From Candidatus Micrarchaeota archaeon (GTDB lineage: Archaea > Micrarchaeota > Micrarchaeia > Anstonellales > J096), in assembly GCA_964467175.1 (NCBI GenBank), contig CAYXNY010000038.1:1-55129 (forward strand): a stretch of DNA of 55,129 bases, read 5' to 3'. The position numbers and the translations under genes were made by a program. Below the pieces are notes generated by a model. That model was given only the letters and a program-made list of their open reading frames with translations. It ran no database searches and was not told the DNA's origin. Of the stretch, positions 1 to 8,055 are shown piece by piece; positions within the stretch are counted from its first letter, which is position 1; each line of letters begins with the position of its first letter.

Positions 1-89
1 TTACTATCGCCCGATAGTTATCTTAAAAAGAGATGATAGTTTTAAAAACAAATTCAGTAATAAACACCAAAGGACCAAAGGTGAGGCTA

Positions 90-401
90 ATGACAATGAA
101 GAAAAACAGAACCTCTTCGGCTGTGAGGAAAGTAAAGAGAAGAACGATGAAAGGGACGAAGGTTATTTACAAAAGAAGGAAGGCAAAACCCTCCGCGCTG
201 TGCATGGTGTGCGGTGCGAGGCTGGGAGGAATTGGAAAGGGAACAAAAACAAGATGCAGGCCTGAGAGAAAATTCGGCGGTGCGCTCTGCCACAGATGCG
301 CCGAAGGGATAATAAAATACTCGACAAGGGTGGGCTCCGGCGCGGTTTCAATCGAAGATGTTCCGCTGGAGTACAAAAAATACATAGAGGGAAGCAAATG
401 A
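90..401 (+). CDS. rpl34e: 50S ribosomal protein L34e (eL34)
   Basis: Basic K/R-rich protein with CxxC...CxxC (CMVCG...CHRC) as in eL34. ATG at 90 follows GGTGAGG at 80-86. Sits in the conserved archaeal L34e-cmk-L14e-cbf5 order. ORF track starts at 33. Confidence 0.8.
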   Translation: MTMKKNRTSSAVRKVKRRTMKGTKVIYKRRKAKPSALCMVCGARLGGIGKGTKTRCRPERKFGGALCHRCAEGIIKYSTRVGSGAVSIEDVPLEYKKYIEGSK

Positions 402-925
402 AAAAAAAGAAGAAAAAGAAAATAAATATAATAACCATAAGCGGTTTTGCCGGGGCTGGAAAAACAACCCTTGCGTCCCTGCTTGCGAAAAAACTCGGTT
501 ACCGTCTCATAGCCCCGACTTTCAAGGACCTCGCGAAAAAAGAAGGTGTAAGCCTGATGGAATTCCAAAAAATGGCTGAGAAGGATCCAACAATAGATAA
601 AAAGTTTGATGCGTACGTAAAAGAAAAGGCGAAAAGGGGCAGGTGCGTTATTGCAACATGGCTCGCCCCATGGATGGTGAAAAATAGTTTGAAAATTTGG
701 GTGTATGCTCCGATTGAAACAAGGGCAAGAAGGCTGGCGAAGAGGGACGGGATAGACCTCGCTGCAGCAAAAAAACATATACTCGCAAGAGAGGAGAGCA
801 ATCGGAGAAGGTATAAAAAAATATACAATATAGATATAATGGATTACAGCATATTTGATTTATGCTTCAATACAAAAACGTTCAAACCGAAACAAATGGT
901 TGATATTATAATGAAGGTGGTGTGA
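398..925 (+). CDS. cmk: cytidylate kinase, archaeal type
   Basis: P-loop ISGFAGAGKTT with archaeal Cmk-like length and context. ATG 398 overlaps the L34e stop (ATGA). N-terminus is a poly-Lys run encoded by an A-rich tract. Confidence 0.85.
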   Translation: MKKKKKKKINIITISGFAGAGKTTLASLLAKKLGYRLIAPTFKDLAKKEGVSLMEFQKMAEKDPTIDKKFDAYVKEKAKRGRCVIATWLAPWMVKNSLKIWVYAPIETRARRLAKRDGIDLAAAKKHILAREESNRRRYKKIYNIDIMDYSIFDLCFNTKTFKPKQMVDIIMKVV

Positions 926-1095
926 TGGCTGCGATAGAAAAAGGAAAAAACGCAATAATACTGAGGGGAAGGAGAGCGGGAGAGAAGGTTATAATCACGA
1001 AAGTAGAGGGAAGCTTTGCATATGTAAAGCCCGCTGGCGCGAAGGAAGGGAAGGAGAGAAAAATTTCCATAAGGCATCTCGAGCCGGTTGCTTGA
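925..1095 (+). CDS. rpl14e: 50S ribosomal protein L14e (eL14), 56 aa
   Basis: Hand-translated small ORF missing from the ORF track: MAAIEKGKNAIILRGRRAGEKVIITKVEGSFAYVKPAGAKEGKERKISIRHLEPVA. KOW-like GRRAGxKVxI motif. ATG overlaps the cmk stop (TGATG). Expected position between cmk and cbf5. Confidence 0.7.
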   Translation: MAAIEKGKNAIILRGRRAGEKVIITKVEGSFAYVKPAGAKEGKERKISIRHLEPVA

Positions 1096-1097
1096 CC

Positions 1098-1946
1098 ATG
1101 GAATATGCAATAAATGATGGATTTATAATTCTAGACAAGCCCCCAAAAATGATATGCCACGAGGTTACTTCCTGGGTTAAAAAAATTGTTGGGGCTAAAA
1201 AGGCAGGCCATGCGGGAACCCTCGACCCGGACGTTACGGGTGTTCTGCCCATAGGTTTTGGACCTTCAACAAAACTCCTCCAATTTATCGCAGGAAAAAG
1301 AAAAATTTATGTTGGGATCGCTTATTTCAAGAAAGAAAAAACAAAAAAAGAGATAGAAGAGATTTTTTCAAAATTCATAGGCGAGATAGAGCAGACCCCT
1401 CCGAAAGAAAGCGCGGTCGCAAAAATAAAACGGAAAAGAAGAATCTACGGATTGAAGCTTCTGGAGGTTGAGGCAAAAAGGGCTTTATTCTATGCAGATG
1501 TTGAAGCGGGCACCTACATCCGCGTTCTTTGCAAAGATATGGGCGGTGAGATGGCGGAGTTGAGGAGGATAAAAGTCGGGGAAATCACAGAAAAAGAAGC
1601 GGTCAGGGTTCAGGATGTAATAGATGCGATGTGGCTGTGGAGGGAAAAAAACGACGATTCGCTCATAAAAAAAATTCTCATTCCGCCGGGTGAAATGATG
1701 GCCCGGGTTATGAAAAGAATAATTATAAAAGAGGGCGCGGCGAAAGCCCTTCTGAGCGGGGCCCAGCTGATGGCGCCGGGAGTGGAAAAAATACAAGAAG
1801 AATTTGAAAAAGGAGAGAATATCGCTCTTTATACTAAGGACTCATTCGTTGGTGTTGCAAAGGCCCTGTATTCCTCGCATGAAATCAAAAATATGAAAAG
1901 AGGGCAGGTGGCAAAAACCCTCCGCATTCATCCGCCCAAGAAATGA
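1098..1946 (+). CDS. cbf5: tRNA/rRNA pseudouridine synthase Cbf5 (TruB family with PUA domain)
   Basis: Catalytic motif HAGTLDPDVTGVLPI and a C-terminal PUA-like region. First ATG is at 1098; the track ORF begins at TTG 1092. Confidence 0.9.
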   Translation: MEYAINDGFIILDKPPKMICHEVTSWVKKIVGAKKAGHAGTLDPDVTGVLPIGFGPSTKLLQFIAGKRKIYVGIAYFKKEKTKKEIEEIFSKFIGEIEQTPPKESAVAKIKRKRRIYGLKLLEVEAKRALFYADVEAGTYIRVLCKDMGGEMAELRRIKVGEITEKEAVRVQDVIDAMWLWREKNDDSLIKKILIPPGEMMARVMKRIIIKEGAAKALLSGAQLMAPGVEKIQEEFEKGENIALYTKDSFVGVAKALYSSHEIKNMKRGQVAKTLRIHPPKK

Positions 1947-1998
1947 AAAATACCCACCGCCATTCGCAAAATAAATATAATATCCCGTGTTGCCTCCC
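1946..1998. repeat. Left copy of a roughly 52-bp imperfect direct repeat (pairs with 3867..3918)
   Basis: AAAAATACC..GCCATTCGCAAAATAAATATAAT.. The 23-nt core is identical in both copies and the flanks are about 80% identical by eye. Confidence 0.7.
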
Positions 1999-2046
1999 TA
2001 GCTCTAAATAACAACAAATTTAAAACTATCCGAACATAAAAAATTT

Positions 2047-2319
2047 GTGCGCATTGCAAAAATTGGTATGGGTGTTTTTGCTATTGTGCTTGGGTGCGGT
2101 TTAGTGTTTAAACCATTTAAGCATAAAGAACCAAAAGAAGAGGTGAAAGTAATGATTGTTGCAGAAAAAAAGGAAGAAGAAAAAATTACCCTACGTGATA
2201 CACTGAAAGAAATACCGAAAAAAGCTGAGTTGGGTACAACACAAGTTCCTGATAAAATAGAGCCGTTTAAACTTTTTAAAAATTCAAAAGGAGTGACTAA
2301 CGCTCCTGGGGAGCGGTAA
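2047..2319 (+). CDS. hypothetical small membrane-anchored protein
   Basis: ORF only, with a GTG start. One N-terminal hydrophobic helix followed by a K/E-rich tail. Overlaps the 3' end of the convergent 512-aa ORF. Confidence 0.25.
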   Translation: MRIAKIGMGVFAIVLGCGLVFKPFKHKEPKEEVKVMIVAEKKEEEKITLRDTLKEIPKKAELGTTQVPDKIEPFKLFKNSKGVTNAPGER

Positions 2320-3835
2320 TCTGTTGGTACAAGTTTATAAGTTCTTCTGGGTTTGAGTAATCTAATTTTTTGGCCGCGTACATGAAAACCTGAGCCGCAT
2401 CCCGGCATAAATCCAATGCAGCATTTTTATCTTCTACAGACCTACAAGACTCAAGTGTTTTTTTGGCATGGTCAAACGATTCTCTCGCTTTTTTCATTGC
2501 AGCGTCGTATTCTATAGAATTGTAGCTCTCAATTGCTTTAAACAAGTCGATTGTTCCAGCAGCCCAATAAAATATAAATTCTTGCTTAACCGGTGCTTTT
2601 GAAGGCATCCAATCATTTGCCTTCTTGTACAAATCTAATGATCTGCTTAAATCTTGAGTAATCCTAGCAGCATTAAGATATGACAATGCGATATTTAAAT
2701 GAGTGTAGTCATCAACATGTGGTTTATGATTGCTAAAAATCTCTTCCATGACTTCGATCATGTCCGGATTTTCTAAACACAACTTTGTAAACACTCCAGT
2801 TAGGTTGTACCACGTGATGAACGTGCTGTACCCACAAGCAAGGGCTAATTGAAAATTAACAATGCTGACGTCATATTGTTCGTTCTTTGCTGCTAAAATT
2901 CCAAACTCACTGTAGTAATTCCCCCTCACTGCATTAGAAAAAGAAAAAACAAACATCTCTATTCTCTTTTCTTTAAATTCATTTGGAAGAAGACTATATT
3001 TCTTTATCTCCAAAATACTTTTTATATCCTTTTCCGTAATCTCATTCAAAACTCCAAGATCGATTGGCTCATTATCAATCTTTGAAGGATCAAAGTAAAC
3101 AACGCCCCATCCATTCTCTCTTGGAAAGCAAACAACCACTCCAGAATGCCCTTGATATTCTCCGAATGGTTCTGACGATTCAAATGAGATAAAAAAAGGA
3201 AAATAATCATATTTCTCGCTTTCTCCCAGTAATGTTCTTCCCTCCGTTATGAAAAAGAACAAACCCCTATTCAAATCATCACATTCCCCACCCCTCTCAA
3301 CAATTTCCTTATCCTTCTCCTTAATTTTTCTTTCAAGTAGCTCGTTAATGCTGTATGGTCCTCCCTTTATCCATCCTAGTTCCCTTATTGAATAGAAAAT
3401 AGCTTCAACCAAATCAACTTGTTTTCTAAAAGTTTTGTATGCTGATTGAAATCTTCTAAATCCATTTCCTTCAGCATTTACTTCAAATGGTTCTTTTATT
3501 TCAATTTTAAAAGCCGAAGAGCTTTCTCCTCCAATTCCAACAGAGTAGGATAAATTAATGGAGGCAATCGGAATTTCAGGATGATGAAGGATGGTTTTCA
3601 GTACATACTCGACAACAGGAAAACCAAAATCTTCCATAACAGTCTGAAATAAAAAATTTTCTCTCAACTCCTTAGTTATTCTTGCTACATCTTTACTTTC
3701 TATTGCACTGATTGCACTTTCTGCCATCTCTGCTCTTTTGCCTCCTTTCTCTTTGTATTTTTGAAGTTCTTTCTTTATCTCTTCCTCCTGTTTTTTGACG
3801 TATTCTTCTAATCTAATAGCCATGGTTTTCAACAT
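2297..3835 (-). CDS. hypothetical protein (512 aa, orphan)
   Basis: Long uninterrupted ORF in a visibly A/T-richer segment. No motif recognised. Confidence 0.6.
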   Translation of the reverse strand: MLKTMAIRLEEYVKKQEEEIKKELQKYKEKGGKRAEMAESAISAIESKDVARITKELRENFLFQTVMEDFGFPVVEYVLKTILHHPEIPIASINLSYSVGIGGESSSAFKIEIKEPFEVNAEGNGFRRFQSAYKTFRKQVDLVEAIFYSIRELGWIKGGPYSINELLERKIKEKDKEIVERGGECDDLNRGLFFFITEGRTLLGESEKYDYFPFFISFESSEPFGEYQGHSGVVVCFPRENGWGVVYFDPSKIDNEPIDLGVLNEITEKDIKSILEIKKYSLLPNEFKEKRIEMFVFSFSNAVRGNYYSEFGILAAKNEQYDVSIVNFQLALACGYSTFITWYNLTGVFTKLCLENPDMIEVMEEIFSNHKPHVDDYTHLNIALSYLNAARITQDLSRSLDLYKKANDWMPSKAPVKQEFIFYWAAGTIDLFKAIESYNSIEYDAAMKKARESFDHAKKTLESCRSVEDKNAALDLCRDAAQVFMYAAKKLDYSNPEELINLYQQITAPQER

Positions 3836-3866
3836 GATGTAAACCGCTTAAAATCTTTTTCGCATA

Positions 3867-3918
3867 AAAAATACCTGCTGCCATTCGCAAAATAAATATA
3901 ATCTTCCGAGTTTCCTGC
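3867..3918. repeat. Right copy of the roughly 52-bp imperfect direct repeat (pairs with 1946..1998)
   Basis: AAAAATACCTGCTGCCATTCGCAAAATAAATATAATCTTCCGAGTTTCCTGC aligned by eye to 1946..1998. Confidence 0.7.
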
Positions 3919-4015
3919 ATCCATCACTCTTTTAAATCTTTTCTGAACAAAAAGATAGAATTACTTTAGGTTTAGATGCCGGGGTGGCGGAATCCGGTAA
4001 CGCGTACGCCTGGAA

Positions 4016-4062
4016 TAAACTTTCTTCGGGTTGCCAAGAAAGTTTAATCAAAGAAAATGGAA
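4016..4062 (+). other. tRNA-Ser intron 1 (anticodon loop, nominal 37/38)
   Basis: 47-nt insert between CTGGAA and A-GCGTA. Boundaries can slide within the duplicated GGAA. Contains the hairpin ACTTTCTT-CGGGTTGCC-AAGAAAGT shared with the other inserts. Confidence 0.6.
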
Positions 4063-4094
4063 AGCGTATGCCCTCACGGGCTCATGGGTTCAAA

Positions 4095-4146
4095 GAACCT
4101 TTCTTCGGGTTGCCAAGAAAGGTTTCATCCAAAGAAGGTTTGAATA
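4095..4146 (+). other. tRNA-Ser intron 2 (T-loop, 59/60), canonical BHB
   Basis: Central helix TTCA(4089-4092)/TGAA(4141-4144). Bulges AAG(4093-4095) and TAT(4145-4147). Inner helix AACCTT(4096-4101)/AAGGTT(4135-4140). Excision restores TTCAAAT. Confidence 0.8.
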
Positions 4147-4183
4147 TCCCATCCCCGGCGATGGCAACGCTCAGTTTGGTGGT

Positions 4184-4837
4184 ATGATGGCAAAAGCAGG
4201 AAAAGCGCCTAAAAAGGAAGAGAAGCAAGAAAGAAGGGAAAAGCCTTCGATTAAGGTAGCCGAAGGCATGGAGGAGAAGGGGTTAAGGGGTATTGTTCGC
4301 ATCGCAGGAAAAGATATGCGGGGAGACCTGAAGCTCAAAAGAGCGCTCCTTTATATAAAAGGCATAAGCCATTCGCTAAGAAATCCTGTTGCAAAGCTCA
4401 TTTCAGCAGAACTCGGGATAAGCGAAGACACACTCGTGGGTTCTCTTACAGATGAGCAGATTGCTTCTATCGACAAGGTTTTGTTCAGCATGGACGACAG
4501 CAAGCTTCCGCTCCATCTTCTCAACGACCGGGCGGATATTTACGAAGGAAATAGCAAGCATGTGATAATGAACGACTTGGATTTCATAAACAGAAGGAAT
4601 GTAGAGAACAAGAAGAAGATGTGGAACTGGCAGGGAGAGAGGCTGATAAAGGGAAAGAAGGCAAGAGGGCAGAGAACGAGGAATACCGGAAGGAGAGGGC
4701 TTGCGGTTGGTGTTGCCAAGAAGAAAGAAGTGCCAGGAGCTCAGCCGGGAGCAAAGCCGGGCGCAGGTGCAGCAGCACCGGCTCCAGCGGCCGCAAAGCC
4801 CCAAGCGCCGAAACCTGAAGCTCCGGCCAAGAAATAG
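4184..4837 (+). CDS. rps13: 30S ribosomal protein S13 (uS13) with A/P/K-rich C-terminal tail
   Basis: uS13-like core (RIAGKDMRGD..., GQRTRNTGRRG). ATG 4184 follows GGTGG. The track ORF start at 4031 overlaps the tRNA and is rejected. Confidence 0.9.
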   Translation: MMAKAGKAPKKEEKQERREKPSIKVAEGMEEKGLRGIVRIAGKDMRGDLKLKRALLYIKGISHSLRNPVAKLISAELGISEDTLVGSLTDEQIASIDKVLFSMDDSKLPLHLLNDRADIYEGNSKHVIMNDLDFINRRNVENKKKMWNWQGERLIKGKKARGQRTRNTGRRGLAVGVAKKKEVPGAQPGAKPGAGAAAPAPAAAKPQAPKPEAPAKK

Positions 4838-4845
4838 GTGTTTGC

Positions 4846-5406
4846 ATGGGAGACCCGAGAAAACTCAGAAGAAAATACAAAGCCCCGAAGCGTTTGTGGG
4901 ACAAGGGCAGGATTCTGGAGCAGAGCAAGCTCAAGCAGGAGTATGGACTGAAGAATATGCGCGAACTCTGGGTGGCTGTTCAGGAACTCCGAAAAGTGAG
5001 GAGGGAAGCGAGAAGGCTGCTTTCTTTCAGTGAGGAGGAAAGGGCGACAGAATCCAAAAAAGTTCTCAACAAGCTTGCCAGGCTCGGCATTCTTTCTGAA
5101 AACGCATCCATAGATGAGGTTTTATCCCTTACAGTAAGGGATTTTCTGGAAAGAAGGCTTCAGACATTTGTTTTCAGGAAGGGGTTTGCGAAAACTCCGG
5201 CGCAGGCAAGACAGCTGATTACGCACGGGTTCATCTCTGTATCCGGCAGGAGAACAACCTCCCCTAACTATCTGATCAGAAGGGGCGAGGAAACCGCTAT
5301 CGCTTACTACAAGCCCATAAATATCCAGCCCAGGGTTCAGGAAGAGGAGGAAGCTCCAAAAGAAGGTGCTCCTCAGGAAACTAAGGAGGAGAGGGTGGAA
5401 TCATGA
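4846..5406 (+). CDS. rps4: 30S ribosomal protein S4 (uS4)
   Basis: N-terminus [20 protein letters not shown], an S4 RNA-binding domain, and position after S13. Confidence 0.9.
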   Translation: MGDPRKLRRKYKAPKRLWDKGRILEQSKLKQEYGLKNMRELWVAVQELRKVRREARRLLSFSEEERATESKKVLNKLARLGILSENASIDEVLSLTVRDFLERRLQTFVFRKGFAKTPAQARQLITHGFISVSGRRTTSPNYLIRRGEETAIAYYKPINIQPRVQEEEEAPKEGAPQETKEERVES

Positions 5407-5792
5407 AAGAGGGAAAAACAGCAACAATTAATGTATTTTCTTCAAAAAACGACACCATTATCACCGCAACGGACATGAGCGGCGCAGAAACGATCGCATG
5501 GGCGAGCGGCGGAATGATCGTGAAGGCAGACAGAGAGGAAGGCAGGCCCTATGCGGCCATGCAGGCCGCTGTAAAAGTGGCAAACGCGCTTAAAGAAAAG
5601 GGAATCTCAAGAGTCGTAATAAAAATAAGGGCCCCGGGCGGAAATAAATCAAAAACTCCTGGCGGAGGAGCCCAGGCGGTTGTTAGGATGATTTCAAGGA
5701 TGGGGCTGAGAATCCTGAGAATAGAGGATGTTACTCCTCTTCCGACAGACTCCATGAGGAGGAAAGGCGGAAGGAAAGGAAGGAGGGTGTAG
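5403..5792 (+). CDS. rps11: 30S ribosomal protein S11 (uS11)
   Basis: uS11-like sequence (...PYAAMQAA..., GPGG...). ATGA overlap with the S4 stop. Confidence 0.9.
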   Translation: MKEGKTATINVFSSKNDTIITATDMSGAETIAWASGGMIVKADREEGRPYAAMQAAVKVANALKEKGISRVVIKIRAPGGNKSKTPGGGAQAVVRMISRMGLRILRIEDVTPLPTDSMRRKGGRKGRRV

Positions 5793-5793
5793 C

Positions 5794-6369
5794 ATGAAGG
5801 TTGAGCTTGTGAAGAAAAATCCTGAGCGGATTGAAATGGTTTTTGAAGGAGTTCCGTACTACATGGCAAATATTTTAAGGAGGTACGCGATTGCGAAAGT
5901 TCCTGTTTACGCCGTAGATTCGGTAACTTTCTATGAAAACAACTCCTCATTTTTTGATGAATACATCGCGCACAGAATAGGGATGCTTCCGATAAAAACG
6001 CCAAAGGGTTCTCCGGCGGAATCCAATATCGGTTTTTACTTAGATGCCATAGGGCCAAAAAAAGTTTATTCTCAAGAATTGAAAAGCACCGACAAGGATA
6101 TTGTCGTGGCTGTTGAAAACATCCCCATCGTAAAACTCGCAGAAGGGCAGAGCATAAGGTTGGAGGGGAAGCTGAAAAAAGGAATAGGAAGGGAGCACAT
6201 TAAATTCCAGTCCGGAATCTCTTCCTATGAAATAAAACCAGATGGAAAGATATTCTTTTTCTGCGAAAGTATGCATCACATGGATGCACTAGATGTTGTT
6301 AAAAGAGCGCTGGATGAAATAATCGGCGACCTGGAATCCTTAGAAAAGGCCATAAAAAAGGCAAAATAA
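5794..6369 (+). CDS. rpoD: DNA-directed RNA polymerase subunit D (Rpo3), short form
   Basis: Motifs ANILRRYAIAKVPVYAVD and DEYIAHRIGMLPI, and position after S13-S4-S11. At 191 aa it has no Cys-rich Fe-S domain. Confidence 0.85.
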   Translation: MKVELVKKNPERIEMVFEGVPYYMANILRRYAIAKVPVYAVDSVTFYENNSSFFDEYIAHRIGMLPIKTPKGSPAESNIGFYLDAIGPKKVYSQELKSTDKDIVVAVENIPIVKLAEGQSIRLEGKLKKGIGREHIKFQSGISSYEIKPDGKIFFFCESMHHMDALDVVKRALDEIIGDLESLEKAIKKAK

Positions 6370-6380
6370 AAATAGTTCGG

Positions 6381-6388
6381 TTTAAATT
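6381..6388 (+). promoter_or_regulatory. candidate TATA box for tRNA-Leu
   Basis: TTTAAATT centred about 29 nt upstream of the tRNA 5' end. Confidence 0.35.
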
Positions 6389-6413
6389 TTTTCTTATTCT
6401 TTAATTTATGTTT

Positions 6414-6497
6414 GCAGGGGTAGCCAAGCGGTCAAAGGCGCAGGGTTTAGGACCCTGTCTCTTAGTGGGTTCGCAGGTTCGAATCCTGCCCCCTGCA
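6414..6497 (+). tRNA. tRNA-Leu(UAG), no intron
   Basis: Acceptor GCAGGGG/CCCCTGC plus A. Anticodon stem CAGGG/CCCTG with loop TTTAGGA. Long variable arm. T arm GCAGG-TTCGAAT-CCTGC. Confidence 0.9.
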
Positions 6498-6501
6498 AAA
6501 T

Positions 6502-7290
6502 TTATTTTTTTCTAATCAATCCGCGCTGTTCAAAAATTTCTCTAACACGATGGTCTTTTGGTACCCATCCCAGCTTAGATACTGCATAGTAAAGCTTCTC
6601 TGTAATAAGTTTTTTTATTTCCTTATTCGGTACTTCACCCATCTTTATTAAAATAAAATCAGGGTCGAACATACTCAAGAATTTTGAAATCCTCTGTTTT
6701 TCGCTTTCTGTAAGTTCTGTATCTTCTCCAATCAACTTTAATAATCTAAACGCTGCCTCAGGATTGCCGACCATATTTTTTAGAATAAAATCTATCCCTA
6801 CAAATATCAGCTCTTTTCTATCGTCTTCACGCTTTGTCGTAAGCTTGAGTAGCTCAACTGCCCCATCAGCAGAATCTACATCATGTAAAGCTTTATTGAG
6901 CGATATCACTTTTATCACGTCCATGTGTAGGTCCCTCAAAGTTATCTGCACTTCTTTACTCTCAAGCAGCTCCCATAGAATCTTTTTTTCGTTCTCTGGC
7001 AACTGGCCGTAAGCACGCATTATTTTTAGAATTATGCTGATCGCCTCATCCCGAGTGATAGGGAACCTGCTTTCTGTATCCGTTCTTTGTATCTCTTCTG
7101 AAAGCAACCTAAGCCACAACTTGAACTTAGGCGCATTGGTATTTTTCAAAAATTCGTATATATCAATCTTCATTTGTATATCGAGAGCTTGGATAAAATG
7201 CCTTATCTGCCCCTCGTTCGCACCGCTTGCTTCTTCCCCGTTGATGCATATCCTTGGCTCTTTGCTTTCTCCTTCGCCCAAACCATACAT
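6502..7290 (-). CDS. hypothetical protein
   Basis: Long ORF, A/T-rich, predicted helical. No motif recognised. Confidence 0.55.
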   Translation of the reverse strand: MYGLGEGESKEPRICINGEEASGANEGQIRHFIQALDIQMKIDIYEFLKNTNAPKFKLWLRLLSEEIQRTDTESRFPITRDEAISIILKIMRAYGQLPENEKKILWELLESKEVQITLRDLHMDVIKVISLNKALHDVDSADGAVELLKLTTKREDDRKELIFVGIDFILKNMVGNPEAAFRLLKLIGEDTELTESEKQRISKFLSMFDPDFILIKMGEVPNKEIKKLITEKLYYAVSKLGWVPKDHRVREIFEQRGLIRKK

Positions 7291-7383
7291 GAAATAATTT
7301 ATGTTTTTTAGTGTTTAAATATGTTTCGCTTTCGCGGATATTTTTAAAAACCTTCACTTTGAAAAGAGGAGGAGGGTGAGAAA

Positions 7384-8031
7384 ATGGCTCTTTTGGATGA
7401 AGAAACAAAAAACCAGCTAAGGAAAATGTTCTCAGGGCTGAGCGGAAAGGTTAAGCTGATTTTTTTCAAGCCTTCTGCCGGATGCCAGTTCTGCGCTCAG
7501 ATTGAAGAGCTTTTGAGCGAGGTTGCTTCTACGAGCAGCGCAATAAGCAAAGAAGCATACATATTAGAGAACGAAGAAGAGCTCGCGGAGAAATACAAGG
7601 TCGACAAAGCGCCGGCGATAATAATAGAAGGGAAAAACAAAGGGCTCGTGAGGTATTTTGGGATTCCCTCCGGCCATGAGTTTTCCGCATTCATTCAAGA
7701 TATAATCGATTCCTCAACCGGCGAGGTTGAGCTTCCCGAGGACCTAAAACAGCAGATTCTCAGGATAGATTTTCCGGTCCATATCCAGGTTTTTGTCACC
7801 CCAACCTGTCCTTACTGCCCGCCGGCTGTGAAGCTCGCGCATGATTTTGCGATTCTCAACGAGAATGTTGTCGCGGACATGGTCGAGGCGGTTGAATTTG
7901 GGGAGCTTGCGATGAGATATGGGGTTCAGGGCGTTCCAAAGACGGTTGTGAACGATAGGATTGAGCTTGAGGGAGCCTACCCCGCGGATATTGTTGTAAA
8001 GAGAATACTTGAACTGAAAGGGAAAGGTTAA
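7384..8031 (+). CDS. protein disulfide oxidoreductase (two thioredoxin-fold units)
   Basis: Two CxxC sites (CQFC and CPYC) spaced as in the archaeal PDO/glutaredoxin-like family. Confidence 0.8.
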   Translation: MALLDEETKNQLRKMFSGLSGKVKLIFFKPSAGCQFCAQIEELLSEVASTSSAISKEAYILENEEELAEKYKVDKAPAIIIEGKNKGLVRYFGIPSGHEFSAFIQDIIDSSTGEVELPEDLKQQILRIDFPVHIQVFVTPTCPYCPPAVKLAHDFAILNENVVADMVEAVEFGELAMRYGVQGVPKTVVNDRIELEGAYPADIVVKRILELKGKG

Positions 8032-8055
8032 AAATAACCTCCCTCCTATTTTTTC

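Larger units (their letters stand above)
3978..4160 (+). tRNA. tRNA-Ser(GGA) with two introns
   Basis: Acceptor GCCGGGG/CCCCGGC plus discriminator G. Anticodon stem TACGC/GCGTA with spliced loop CTGGAAA. Long variable arm GCCC-TCAC-GGGC. T arm ATGGG-TTCAAAT-CCCAT after removing the insert. Confidence 0.85.

Noticed and set aside
4031-4183. N-terminal 51 codons of the track ORF 4031..4837, and ORF 3984..4187
   Set aside because: They overlap tRNA-Ser and its introns. The S13 homology begins only after ATG 4184, which has its own GGTGG ribosome-binding site.
5794-6369. The short RpoD (191 aa, no Fe-S domain) as a novelty
   Set aside because: From memory, D subunits lacking the cluster-binding domain are already known in several archaeal groups, so I do not regard it as unusual.
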